From Thermoanaerobaculia bacterium (GTDB lineage: Bacteria; Acidobacteriota; Thermoanaerobaculia; Multivoradales; UBA5704): a DNA stretch of 64,000 nt. A model generated the notes under the pieces. It made no database searches and was not told the origin of the DNA. It saw only the letters and a list, made by a program, of their open reading frames with translations. The first letter of the stretch is position 1; each line of letters starts with the position of its first letter. The stretch covers positions 12,059 through 76,058 of the forward strand of contig DASXXC010000069.1 of the NCBI GenBank assembly GCA_036503335.1. The letters run 5' to 3'. Positions 55,287-63,334 of the stretch are shown in pieces. Both the position numbers and the translations under genes were made by a program.

Positions 55287-56051
55287 CTATTCGTTCTGCC
55301 GCTGGATGAGGAGGAGGATGTCAGACGATCGCGGAGGCGAGGTCCCGGACCGCGCGAAGGCCGTCTGGCGGCCGTCAGGGGGTGGCGCGGCGCCGGCGCG
55401 GTCCTCGGACAGGGGGCCCTGGGATTGGGGGGAGAGCGGGCCGGAGACCAGCACGGCGGCCTCGCCGTGGCTCTCGGGGGGGTTGAGCCGCTCCCGGAGG
55501 CCCGGCGGGGCCTCCGCCACCACCTGGCGGAGCCCGCCACCCCGGCGCGAGCCCTCGACCCAGGCCACGACGCCGGCCTGCCCTGGAAGGGCCGGCTCGC
55601 CCGCCGAGGAGGCCCGATGGGAGAAGCTCAGGGCGCTCCCCAGGTCCGGCGAGCCCGCGATGGCGAAACGCCCCGGGAGCTCGACGGCCGTCTCGTGGCG
55701 CTCGTCGCCAAAGCGGAGCAGGACGCGGGCGTCCGGCGTGGGGATGGGCGGGACCTGGAAGCGGACCCGGCGGAGGTCCTGATCCAGGTGCGGGGTGATC
55801 CGCAGGGGATAGGTGGCGCCGCCGTCGAGGCTGAGGAAGGCCTCCCACTCCTCCACGTTGCGGACCCCGGCGAAGCCCGCCTCCGGCGCCCACTCCAGCT
55901 CGGCCGTGGAGCCGGCCGCCAGCGTGGCGCCCGCCTGGGGGGCCACGAGCCGAATTGGCACACCCGTCTCCCACGCGAAGCCCGCGGGGCTGAGCGCGAG
56001 AACGGCCCAGGCGAGCCAGGCCAGGACGAGGAGACGGCTGGAGCGTCGCAT
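55287..56051 (-). CDS. Secreted hypothetical protein
   Basis: The likely start is MRRSSRLLVLAWLAWAVLAL at 56051. Signal peptide. No family recognised. Confidence 0.55.
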   Translation of the reverse strand: MRRSSRLLVLAWLAWAVLALSPAGFAWETGVPIRLVAPQAGATLAAGSTAELEWAPEAGFAGVRNVEEWEAFLSLDGGATYPLRITPHLDQDLRRVRFQVPPIPTPDARVLLRFGDERHETAVELPGRFAIAGSPDLGSALSFSHRASSAGEPALPGQAGVVAWVEGSRRGGGLRQVVAEAPPGLRERLNPPESHGEAAVLVSGPLSPQSQGPLSEDRAGAAPPPDGRQTAFARSGTSPPRSSDILLLIQRQNE

Positions 56052-56168
56052 GCGGATGAGCCCTCTCGGGCAGCGCCTATGATACATCCTGCTGGTACGG
56101 CCCTTGTATCTTTCTACGGTCGAGGGCTATGACCGCCTTGAGGCAACATCTAGAGAGAGCCCGATCGG

Positions 56169-57275
56169 ATGGAAAAATTACGCATCGCCCAGGTCGCGCC
56201 CCTCTATGAGAGTGTGCCGCCCAAGCTCTACGGCGGGACGGAGCGCGTCGTCTCCTGGCTGACCGAGGAGCTGGTCCGCCAGGGACACGAGGTGACCTTG
56301 TTCGCCAGCGGCGACTCGGTCACCCGGGCCCGCCTGGTGGCCGCCTGCCCCCGCTCGCTCCGCCTGGACCCCGGCTGCGTCGATCCCCTCGCCCATCATC
56401 TGGTTCTGCTGGAGGAGGTCTTCCGCCGGGCGGACGACTTCGACGTGGTGCACTTCCATGTCGACTACCTGTGCTTCCCGTTCACCCGCCGGCTGCCGAT
56501 CCCCCACGTCACGACGCTCCACGGCCGGCTCGACATCCCCGATCTCGTGCCTCTCCACCGGGAGTACCGCGGGATGCCGGTGGCGTCGATCTCGGACGCC
56601 CAGCGCGCCCCCCTCCCCTGGCTCAACTGGCGGGGGACCGTCCACCATGGGCTGCCGGTGGACCTTCACCACGGGATCGAGGAGCCCGAGGCCTACCTGG
56701 CCTTCCTCGGCCGCGTCTCCCCTGAGAAGGGGCTCGACCGCGCCATCGAGATCGCCCGCCGCGCGGGCCTCCCCCTGCGCGTGGCGGCCAAGGTCGACCG
56801 CGCGGACCTCGCCTACTACGAGGAGACCATCAAGCCGCTGCTCGACCAGCCGAACGTGGACTTCGTGGGGGAGATCGGCGAGAAGGAGAAGCAGCGGTTC
56901 CTGGGCAACGCCCGGGGCCTGCTCTTCCCCATCGACTGGCCGGAGCCGTTCGGGCTGGTGATGATCGAGGCCATGGCCTGCGGCACTCCCGTCGTCGCCT
57001 TCCGGCGCGGCTCGGTCCCCGAGGTCCTGGACGAGGGGGAGAGCGGATTCGTGGTCTCGACCGTTGAGGAGGCGGTCGAGGCGGTGGAGCGTCTGGAGGA
57101 GATCTCGCGCCGCGGCTGCCGGGCGGCGTTCGAGCGGCGGTTCGCGGCCCCACGCATGGCCAGTGATTACGTAGAGATCTACCGGCAGCAGATCGAAAGG
57201 AAGAATCATGGAAGAGAAGACCGTCACCACCCAGGAACCGTACTCCATCCTGGCTACGGGCTCGCGCCCCGATGA
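56169..57275 (+). CDS. GT4-family glycosyltransferase
   Basis: N-terminal YGGTERVVSWLTEELVRQGHEVTLFASGDS and C-terminal EPFGLVMIEAMACGTPVVA motifs. The 3' end overlaps the next gene by 68 nt. Confidence 0.85.
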   Translation: MEKLRIAQVAPLYESVPPKLYGGTERVVSWLTEELVRQGHEVTLFASGDSVTRARLVAACPRSLRLDPGCVDPLAHHLVLLEEVFRRADDFDVVHFHVDYLCFPFTRRLPIPHVTTLHGRLDIPDLVPLHREYRGMPVASISDAQRAPLPWLNWRGTVHHGLPVDLHHGIEEPEAYLAFLGRVSPEKGLDRAIEIARRAGLPLRVAAKVDRADLAYYEETIKPLLDQPNVDFVGEIGEKEKQRFLGNARGLLFPIDWPEPFGLVMIEAMACGTPVVAFRRGSVPEVLDEGESGFVVSTVEEAVEAVERLEEISRRGCRAAFERRFAAPRMASDYVEIYRQQIERKNHGREDRHHPGTVLHPGYGLAPR

Positions 57276-59364
57276 GCGCACGCGCGTCCTGAAGCACGGC
57301 GAGAGCTTCGGAGTCTTCGACCGCGGCGGCGCCATCCGCTCGGAGGGCCTGGGCGAGCTCGGGCTCTTCCATCGGGGGACCCGCTACCTCAACGCCTTCG
57401 AGATCTTCCTGGAGAACCAGCGCCCGCTGCTCCTGAGCTCGACCGTGCGGCGCGACAACGCCCTGATCGTCGATCTCACCAATCCGGACCTCACCGGCGG
57501 GGGGCTCCTCCGCGATACCATTCACGTCTTCAGCACGAGCTTTCTCTGGGAGGGGGTCTGGTACGCGCGGCTCCGCCTCCACAACTACTCCCTCCAGGAG
57601 GTGGAGATCCATCTGGCCATCCGCTTCGGAGCGGACTACGCCGACATCTTCGAGGTGCGGGGGACGCCCCGGAAGCGGCGCGGGCACAAGCTGGACCCGG
57701 TGGTAGGGCGCGGCACGGCCGTCCTCGGCTACGAGGGGCTGGACGGCGAGGTCCGGCGCACCCGCCTGACCTTCTCCCCCCCTCCCTCGGAGCTGACCGA
57801 CTCGCTCGCCTCCTTCGACCTGCGGCTGCCGCCCCGCGGCGAGCAGACGCTCGACCTGACGGTCGCCTTCGAGGCCGGCCGCGAGGAGCCGCGGCCCGTC
57901 CCCTTCACCGAGGCCCTGGAGCGCTCCGCCGCCACTCTGGAGGCCCGCCGGGCCGGCGCCGCCTCGGTCCACACCTCCAACGAGCGCTTCGACGACTGGC
58001 TCGGCCGCTCGGCCACCGACCTCCAGATGATGGCGACCGAGACCAAGCACGGCCTCTACCCCTACGCCGGCGTCCCCTGGTACAGCACCGTCTTCGGCCG
58101 CGACGGCATCATCACGGCCTACCAGAACCTCTGGAACGATCCGGCCCTCGCCCGCGGCGTGCTCGGCTTCCTGGCCGCCACCCAGGCCAAGGAGGAGGAC
58201 CCGGAGCGGGACGCCGAGCCGGGCAAGATCGTCCACGAGATCCGCCACGGGGAGATGGCCCGCCTGGGCGAGGTCCCCTTCGGCTGCTACTACGGCACGA
58301 TCGACGCCACCCCCCTGTTCGTGATGCTCGCCGGTGCCTATTGGCGCCGCACGGGCGACCGCGCCTTCCTGGAGTCGATCTGGCCCAACGTCGAGCGGGC
58401 CCTCGACTGGATCGATCACTACGGGGATATGGACGGCGACGGCTTCGTCGAATACTCCCGCCGCTCCTCGAACGGCCTCACCTCCCAGGGCTGGAAGGAC
58501 TCGTTCGACGCCATCTTCCACCGCGACGGCAAGCTCGTGGAGGGTCCGGTCGCCCTCTGCGAGGTTCAGGGGTACGTCTACGCCGCCCGCCGGGCCGCCG
58601 CCCTGCTGGCCCGCCTCTTCGGCCAGGACGATCACGCCCAGAAGCTGGAGCGGCGGGCCGAGGAGCTGCGGGAGAAATTCGAGAAGGATTTCTGGTGCGA
58701 GGAGATCTCCACCTACGCCCTGGCGCTCGACGGCGAGAAACGCCGCTGCGAGGTGCGGGCCTCGAACGCGGGGCACGCCCTGCTCACGGGGATCGCCAGC
58801 CGGCCGCGCGCCTGGCGGGTGGCCCACACCCTGCTCAACGAGTCCTCCTTCTCCGGCTGGGGGATCCGCACCCTCGACGCCAACGAGGTGCGCTACAACC
58901 CGATGTCGTACCACAACGGCTCGGTCTGGCCGCACGACAACTCCCTGATCGCCCTGGGGCTGGCGCGCTACGGCCGCAAGGACGGGGCGGTGAAGGTGCT
59001 CACCGGGCTCTTCGAGGCGATCCAGCATTTCGATCTCCAGCGCATGCCGGAGCTCTTCTGCGGCTTCCGCCAGCGCTCCCACGAGGGGCCGACCCTCTAT
59101 CCAGTCGCCTGCGCTCCGCAGTCCTGGGCGGCGGGCGCGGTCTTCCTCCTCGTCGAGGCCTGCCTGGGGCTGGACATCGACGCTCCGAGCGGCAAGATCT
59201 GCCTCGACCGCCCCGAGCTGCCGGCCTGCATCGACCGCCTCACCCTGCGGAACCTGCGGGTGAACGACGCCGCGGTCGATCTGGTTTTCGAGCGCTACGG
59301 CAAGGACGTCGGGGCCCACCTCGGCCGCCGGGAGGGGGAGGTCGAGGTGGTGGTGGTGAAGTGA
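57208..59364 (+). CDS. Amylo-alpha-1,6-glucosidase / glycogen-debranching-enzyme-family protein
   Basis: ATG after AAGGAAG. N-terminal VLKHGESFGVFDRGG pattern. C-terminal (alpha/alpha)6-type region with GWGIRTL and YHNGSVWPHDN motifs. Confidence 0.85.
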   Translation: MEEKTVTTQEPYSILATGSRPDERTRVLKHGESFGVFDRGGAIRSEGLGELGLFHRGTRYLNAFEIFLENQRPLLLSSTVRRDNALIVDLTNPDLTGGGLLRDTIHVFSTSFLWEGVWYARLRLHNYSLQEVEIHLAIRFGADYADIFEVRGTPRKRRGHKLDPVVGRGTAVLGYEGLDGEVRRTRLTFSPPPSELTDSLASFDLRLPPRGEQTLDLTVAFEAGREEPRPVPFTEALERSAATLEARRAGAASVHTSNERFDDWLGRSATDLQMMATETKHGLYPYAGVPWYSTVFGRDGIITAYQNLWNDPALARGVLGFLAATQAKEEDPERDAEPGKIVHEIRHGEMARLGEVPFGCYYGTIDATPLFVMLAGAYWRRTGDRAFLESIWPNVERALDWIDHYGDMDGDGFVEYSRRSSNGLTSQGWKDSFDAIFHRDGKLVEGPVALCEVQGYVYAARRAAALLARLFGQDDHAQKLERRAEELREKFEKDFWCEEISTYALALDGEKRRCEVRASNAGHALLTGIASRPRAWRVAHTLLNESSFSGWGIRTLDANEVRYNPMSYHNGSVWPHDNSLIALGLARYGRKDGAVKVLTGLFEAIQHFDLQRMPELFCGFRQRSHEGPTLYPVACAPQSWAAGAVFLLVEACLGLDIDAPSGKICLDRPELPACIDRLTLRNLRVNDAAVDLVFERYGKDVGAHLGRREGEVEVVVVK

Positions 59365-59405
59365 CCGGCTCTTCGCATAGAATAGAGCGAGCCGAGGGAA
59401 TCGCC

Positions 59406-59657
59406 ATGGAAAGCCTCACCATCCACAACATACCTCTGGAGCTGGCCCAGGCTCTCCAGCGCGAGAGCATGCGGCTACATGCTTCTCTGGATGATACGGT
59501 GATCGAGCTCCTGCGCCGGGCTTTGAAGATCGGCTCCTCGGAAGAGAAGAGGAACGGTCTGGCGCGCCTGGCTGGAACGTGGACCACGGAAGAGCACGAC
59601 CAGTTCGAGGCCGCGATCGCCGTGACCGAGCAGTTGGACGAGGACCTCTGGCGTTGA
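59406..59657 (+). CDS. vapB: VapB-type antitoxin
   Basis: 83 aa. N-terminal IHNIPLELAQALQRE pattern (RHH/FitA-like). TTGA overlap with the downstream PIN ORF. Confidence 0.7.
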   Translation: MESLTIHNIPLELAQALQRESMRLHASLDDTVIELLRRALKIGSSEEKRNGLARLAGTWTTEEHDQFEAAIAVTEQLDEDLWR

Positions 59658-59890
59658 GCCGCTACTGTCTGGATACATCAGCCTACAGCCATTTCAAACG
59701 GGGAGATCCAGCGGTCGTCGATCTGATCGATCGTGCCGATTGGCTGGGCCTGCCGTCTATCGCTCTGGGAGAGCTCTGGATCGGTTTTCTTCAGAAGGCA
59801 AAGGTCCCCGTATTGACCTACGACGATCACTTTCTGGATATTCAGCAGGTCAACACGCTCCTGCTTCCTACCCCTTCGGGCAAACACTGA
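59654..59890 (+). pseudogene. vapC: PIN-domain toxin VapC with an apparent internal deletion
   Basis: Only about 79 aa. The N-terminal CLDTSAY...GELWIGFLQ joins directly to the C-terminal VPVLTYDDHFLDI (junction near nt 59795). The central ~50 aa, which normally carries a conserved acidic residue, is missing. Confidence 0.55.
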
Positions 59891-59990
59891 TCAATCGGGT
59901 TTAGAACACCCGCACCTCCCGCGCCGTCTCCAGCTCCGCCAAGCAAGGCGAGGTGGATGTGCATCCACCCCGCCCTTCGAGAGCTTACGG

Positions 59991-60314
59991 TTAGCTGGCA
60001 TTGGTGGCGCAGGTTTCAGTCGACTGTCCGTCCGTCGCACCGCATTGGTCGACTTGGCAAGCGGTCAAACAGGCCTTGCAGCAGCAGTCCAGCGGGTTGT
60101 CGCACGAGGTGCTCAGACTGGCGAAGAACTGCTGGTCGCTGGAGGGAGAAGTCGTCGCGCAGGTGATCGTGCAAGTGGATGCGGCCTCAAGGTTCCGATT
60201 CCCGACCAATAACGCCCGGGCGGGGACCTTCTTCATCTTGGCCATCGCTGGCTGAATACTGAATACCATCCCGATACCGACGAGAACCGCTAAGACGAGA
60301 ACTAACTTCCGCAT
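59991..60314 (-). CDS. Small secreted Cys/Ser/Thr-rich protein (107 aa)
   Basis: ATG at 60314 lies 6 nt after GGAGG. Signal peptide ends PAMA. The mature ~82 aa carries 10 Cys, including DCCCKACLTACQVDQC. AT-rich surroundings. Confidence 0.65.
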   Translation of the reverse strand: MRKLVLVLAVLVGIGMVFSIQPAMAKMKKVPARALLVGNRNLEAASTCTITCATTSPSSDQQFFASLSTSCDNPLDCCCKACLTACQVDQCGATDGQSTETCATNAS

Positions 60315-60346
60315 GTACATCCTCCTGTTGTAAAGAGCACATGCAC

Positions 60347-60374
60347 ACTCTACCATTAATTTAGAAAATTTCAA
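60347..60374 (-). promoter_or_regulatory. Putative sigma-70-type promoter of the Cys-rich peptide gene
   Basis: The minus strand reads TTGAAA (60374-60369), 16-nt spacer, TAGAGT (60352-60347). Confidence 0.4.
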
Positions 60375-60453
60375 TACTAAATAGACGGCCTCGCACAGGC
60401 GCCAGATTCGGAGGCCACCGCTCTCCGGTGGGCTGGAGCTACGAGCCTCGGCT

Positions 60454-61308
60454 CTATCCGTCAGAGGTGGGAGAGGAGGTGCCCCGCAGCTCGCCGTTGA
60501 GCTGATCGCCGATCTCCACAGTCCGGGCATACGCGGCCCGGACCGCCTCGTTGAGCACCGCCGAAAACCGCCCCTGATTCAAGGCGTGCAGAGCCCGGGA
60601 GGTGATGCCGCCGGGAGAGGTGATCTGATCGGTCAGCTCGGTGGGAGAGAGGCCGGCGTCGAGCATCATCCCGGCCGTGCCGAGGATCGCCTCCAGGATC
60701 ATCTCGCGGGCGAGCCCCCGCGGCTCGCCGACGTAGACCGCCGTGTCCTCCAACGCCTTGACGAGTTGCGCGAGGAGGGCCGGGACGGTGCCGTAGGCCG
60801 CGGTCGCCCGGTCGACCTGGGCCTCGTCGGCCAGGTAGACCTCGCGCCCCATGGTCCCCAGCAGGCCGCGCACGGCCTCCCGGGCTTCCTCGGGCACCTC
60901 GGGCGTGGCCGTCCACACCGTCAGCCCCTTGCCGACCCGGCAGGGCAGGTTGGGGACGCAGCGGACGACCGCCGGACGCCCCAGCGCCTTGCCGATGGCC
61001 GCCATGCGCGCGCCGGCCACGATCGACATCACGACCTGCTCCGGCCGCACGGTGCCCCGGACCTGCCGCAGGACCTTGCCGAGCGTCCCCGGTTTGATGG
61101 AGAGGACGATCAGATCCGCCTCCGAGATCGCTTGGAGGGTGTCCGTGGTGCCGTGGATGCCATGCTCCCGAGAGAGCTGCTCCGCCCGCTCGGGCCGCGG
61201 GCCGGCGGCCCAGACGCGGCCCGGCGAGGCCAGCTCGTGGGTGAGGAGGCCGCGGATCATGACCTCCGCCATGACCCCCGAGCCGACGAAGGCGATGCGG
61301 GTCTCCAT
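60454..61308 (-). CDS. proC: Pyrroline-5-carboxylate reductase
   Basis: Start METRIAFVGSGVMAE at 61308. C-terminal SPGGITSRAL motif. Confidence 0.9.
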   Translation of the reverse strand: METRIAFVGSGVMAEVMIRGLLTHELASPGRVWAAGPRPERAEQLSREHGIHGTTDTLQAISEADLIVLSIKPGTLGKVLRQVRGTVRPEQVVMSIVAGARMAAIGKALGRPAVVRCVPNLPCRVGKGLTVWTATPEVPEEAREAVRGLLGTMGREVYLADEAQVDRATAAYGTVPALLAQLVKALEDTAVYVGEPRGLAREMILEAILGTAGMMLDAGLSPTELTDQITSPGGITSRALHALNQGRFSAVLNEAVRAAYARTVEIGDQLNGELRGTSSPTSDG

Positions 61309-61313
61309 GGGGC

Positions 61314-61706
61314 TCAGAGCGTCACCACCCGGGCCGAGTCGCGGATCATCCGCGAGAAGCTCTGCCACCCCAGGAAGGCGTCCACCGAGGCCTGGACCCG
61401 GGCGGGATCGAGCCCTACCATGCGGGCCGAGGCGCTGCAGGCGTAGAAGCGGATGAGCCCCTCCTCGCGGCCGGTGGCGAGCATCTCGGAGAGCGGGGGC
61501 AGGTTGAGCCCCTCCAGCCGCTCGGCGGTGACGGGAGGCTGGGGGTCCAACTCGTCCCACCGCCCCCGCACCCAGGCGTCGAGCGCGCCGAAGAACAGCG
61601 CCACGTCCACCCGCTCCCCCCCCGCCGCCGTGCTGGCCGCCAGCGAGGAGATCTGGAACCGCATATCCCAGGAGCCGCCGTGGGCGAGGATGAGGAGGTC
61701 GGCCAT
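61314..61706 (-). CDS. DsrE/DsrF-like family protein
   Basis: Start MADLLILAHGG at 61706. About 130 aa with a C-terminal FYACSASARM pattern. 5-nt gap to proC. Confidence 0.6.
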   Translation of the reverse strand: MADLLILAHGGSWDMRFQISSLAASTAAGGERVDVALFFGALDAWVRGRWDELDPQPPVTAERLEGLNLPPLSEMLATGREEGLIRFYACSASARMVGLDPARVQASVDAFLGWQSFSRMIRDSARVVTL

Positions 61707-61818
61707 GCCCACAGAGTACCAGACGGCCCGCGTCCGCCTGTAACGAACCCGGCCAGTGTTTCGCCTATTTCTAAGACGCCCCGCAATTCCGCCGGGCGGT
61801 ACGACAAGGAGATGTCCC

Positions 61819-62037
61819 ATGGCAGAGAAGCCTTCGTCGGGTGGACAGATCACGCTCGATCAGCTCGTCGCGTCCGCCTCCCAGTCGGTCCTCCGGGCCC
61901 TTGAGGAGCACCAGCGCCAGGGCCAAGTGCCAGGCGGGGTGAAGATCAACCCCCGGATCTGGGTCGGAATCTGGATCGATCCTGTGAATGGTGGCTTTGA
62001 GGTTCCGGGCCAGGTCACCGGCGGCAGCGTCCGGTAA
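61819..62037 (+). CDS. Small hypothetical protein (72 aa)
   Basis: ATG at 61819 after AAGGAGA. No family recognised. Confidence 0.5.
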   Translation: MAEKPSSGGQITLDQLVASASQSVLRALEEHQRQGQVPGGVKINPRIWVGIWIDPVNGGFEVPGQVTGGSVR

Positions 62038-62079
62038 GCACCGGCGGGCTTCAGGAGAGCGGTCCTGAAAGGAGGCGAG

Positions 62080-62562
62080 ATGGCCGGATTGAGAGTCCTT
62101 CAGCCGTCGGAGCTCTCCGAGGCTCCCCGGCGAATCCAGTGCCCCAGCGCCCGGCCGGAGATGCGGGGCAGCGCGGCGTTCGGGGTGGTCCAGGGGACCG
62201 TCGAGCAGCCGCTCGTCGGTTTTCTCGAGCAGGCCGTGCCGGTCACGGAAGGGCTCCTCGCTCTCTCCGGACCGGTCGCGCCGACCGAGGTCTTCCGGTT
62301 CGCCGCCCCCTGTGCCGCCAAGGCCTGCCAGCACTTCGACGGCCGGGACTGCCGGCTGGCCACCCGGATCGTGCAACGCCTTCCGGCCGTGGCGGGCGAT
62401 CCTCCACCCTGCGCGATCCGCGACGCCTGCCGCTGGTGGCTCCAGGAGGGGGTGGAGGCCTGCCTGCGCTGTCCCCTGGTGGTCACCGAGAGCTTCGGAG
62501 CGGCGGAGATCGCCGAAGAGCTCCGGGTCGCGGCCGATCCGGCGGCGCCGGTCGCGCCTTGA
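62080..62562 (+). CDS. Cys-containing hypothetical protein (160 aa)
   Basis: ATG after AAGGAGG. Eight Cys, including CAAKACQHFDGRDC and ACLRC. No family recognised. Confidence 0.55.
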   Translation: MAGLRVLQPSELSEAPRRIQCPSARPEMRGSAAFGVVQGTVEQPLVGFLEQAVPVTEGLLALSGPVAPTEVFRFAAPCAAKACQHFDGRDCRLATRIVQRLPAVAGDPPPCAIRDACRWWLQEGVEACLRCPLVVTESFGAAEIAEELRVAADPAAPVAP

Positions 62563-62611
62563 AATGAAAGGGGCGGCCGTGAGCTCCGGCCGCCCTCTAT
62601 TTTGAGGCCTT

Positions 62612-63334
62612 TCAGAACGAGCCCGCGGAGATATCCCTGAGATCGGGGCTTCCGGTCAGCGCCTGGATCGCTACTTCGATCTCATTCCGGGCTTCATCAG
62701 GATCAACCATGGATTCCAGGATGATAGGGCAACCCTCGGGAATCAGCCTGGCGACTCGTTGAAAAGCACACCGCGCGGCAAAGCTGATGGGGATATGTTT
62801 CCCCTGCGGGTCAACCTCACTCACATGGATCTGCCGGAGCCGGCCGCCAAATCGCCTCAACATACCGATCGCGATTCCCATCGTGGGGTCGACCTGCCGG
62901 GCATGCCCGATATCGAAGCAGAAGCTCGCATCCGGGAGCTGTTTAAATACGCTTTCCATCTCCGGAACCGTCCGCCCAACCGGCTTTCTCTGGTCCATAT
63001 TCTCCAGACAGAGCCTCGGCCCGAAGAATCGCCAATGAGATGGCTTCTGTATCAGATCCGGATGTACGATGATCGGCCATGACGCGGGGACGTCCTTGAG
63101 GATCGCAACCAAGCCGAGCTCATCCAACCCGCCCAACTTGCTGGGAGCGTGCAGAGATACATGGGAAAAGCCTTGCAGATCAAGCTTCGGCAGGGCTTTC
63201 ATGAGAGGAAGCAACTCCTCCCCTCGCAAGGCGGAAAGCTCGATTATCGTCACTCCCAGTCCGCGCTGGATATCCAGGCCTTTCTGAAAATCTCCCTTCG
63301 CCAGGGCTCCGGTCGAGAAACCGAGCGGTCGCAT
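62612..63334 (-). CDS. Xylose-isomerase-like TIM-barrel protein (AP endonuclease 2 / sugar phosphate isomerase superfamily)
   Basis: 240 aa. SLHAP, LCLENM, DIGHA and HVSE motifs at the expected spacing. Lower G+C than the flanks. One-nt overlap with the upstream stop. Confidence 0.7.
   Translation of the reverse strand: MRPLGFSTGALAKGDFQKGLDIQRGLGVTIIELSALRGEELLPLMKALPKLDLQGFSHVSLHAPSKLGGLDELGLVAILKDVPASWPIIVHPDLIQKPSHWRFFGPRLCLENMDQRKPVGRTVPEMESVFKQLPDASFCFDIGHARQVDPTMGIAIGMLRRFGGRLRQIHVSEVDPQGKHIPISFAARCAFQRVARLIPEGCPIILESMVDPDEARNEIEVAIQALTGSPDLRDISAGSF

Noticed and set aside
56093-56108. A sigma-54-like sequence TGGTACGGCCCTTGTA upstream of the GT4 glycosyltransferase.
   Set aside because: The -12 element reads TTGT, not TTGC, so the conserved C is lost. 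It is probably a chance match.
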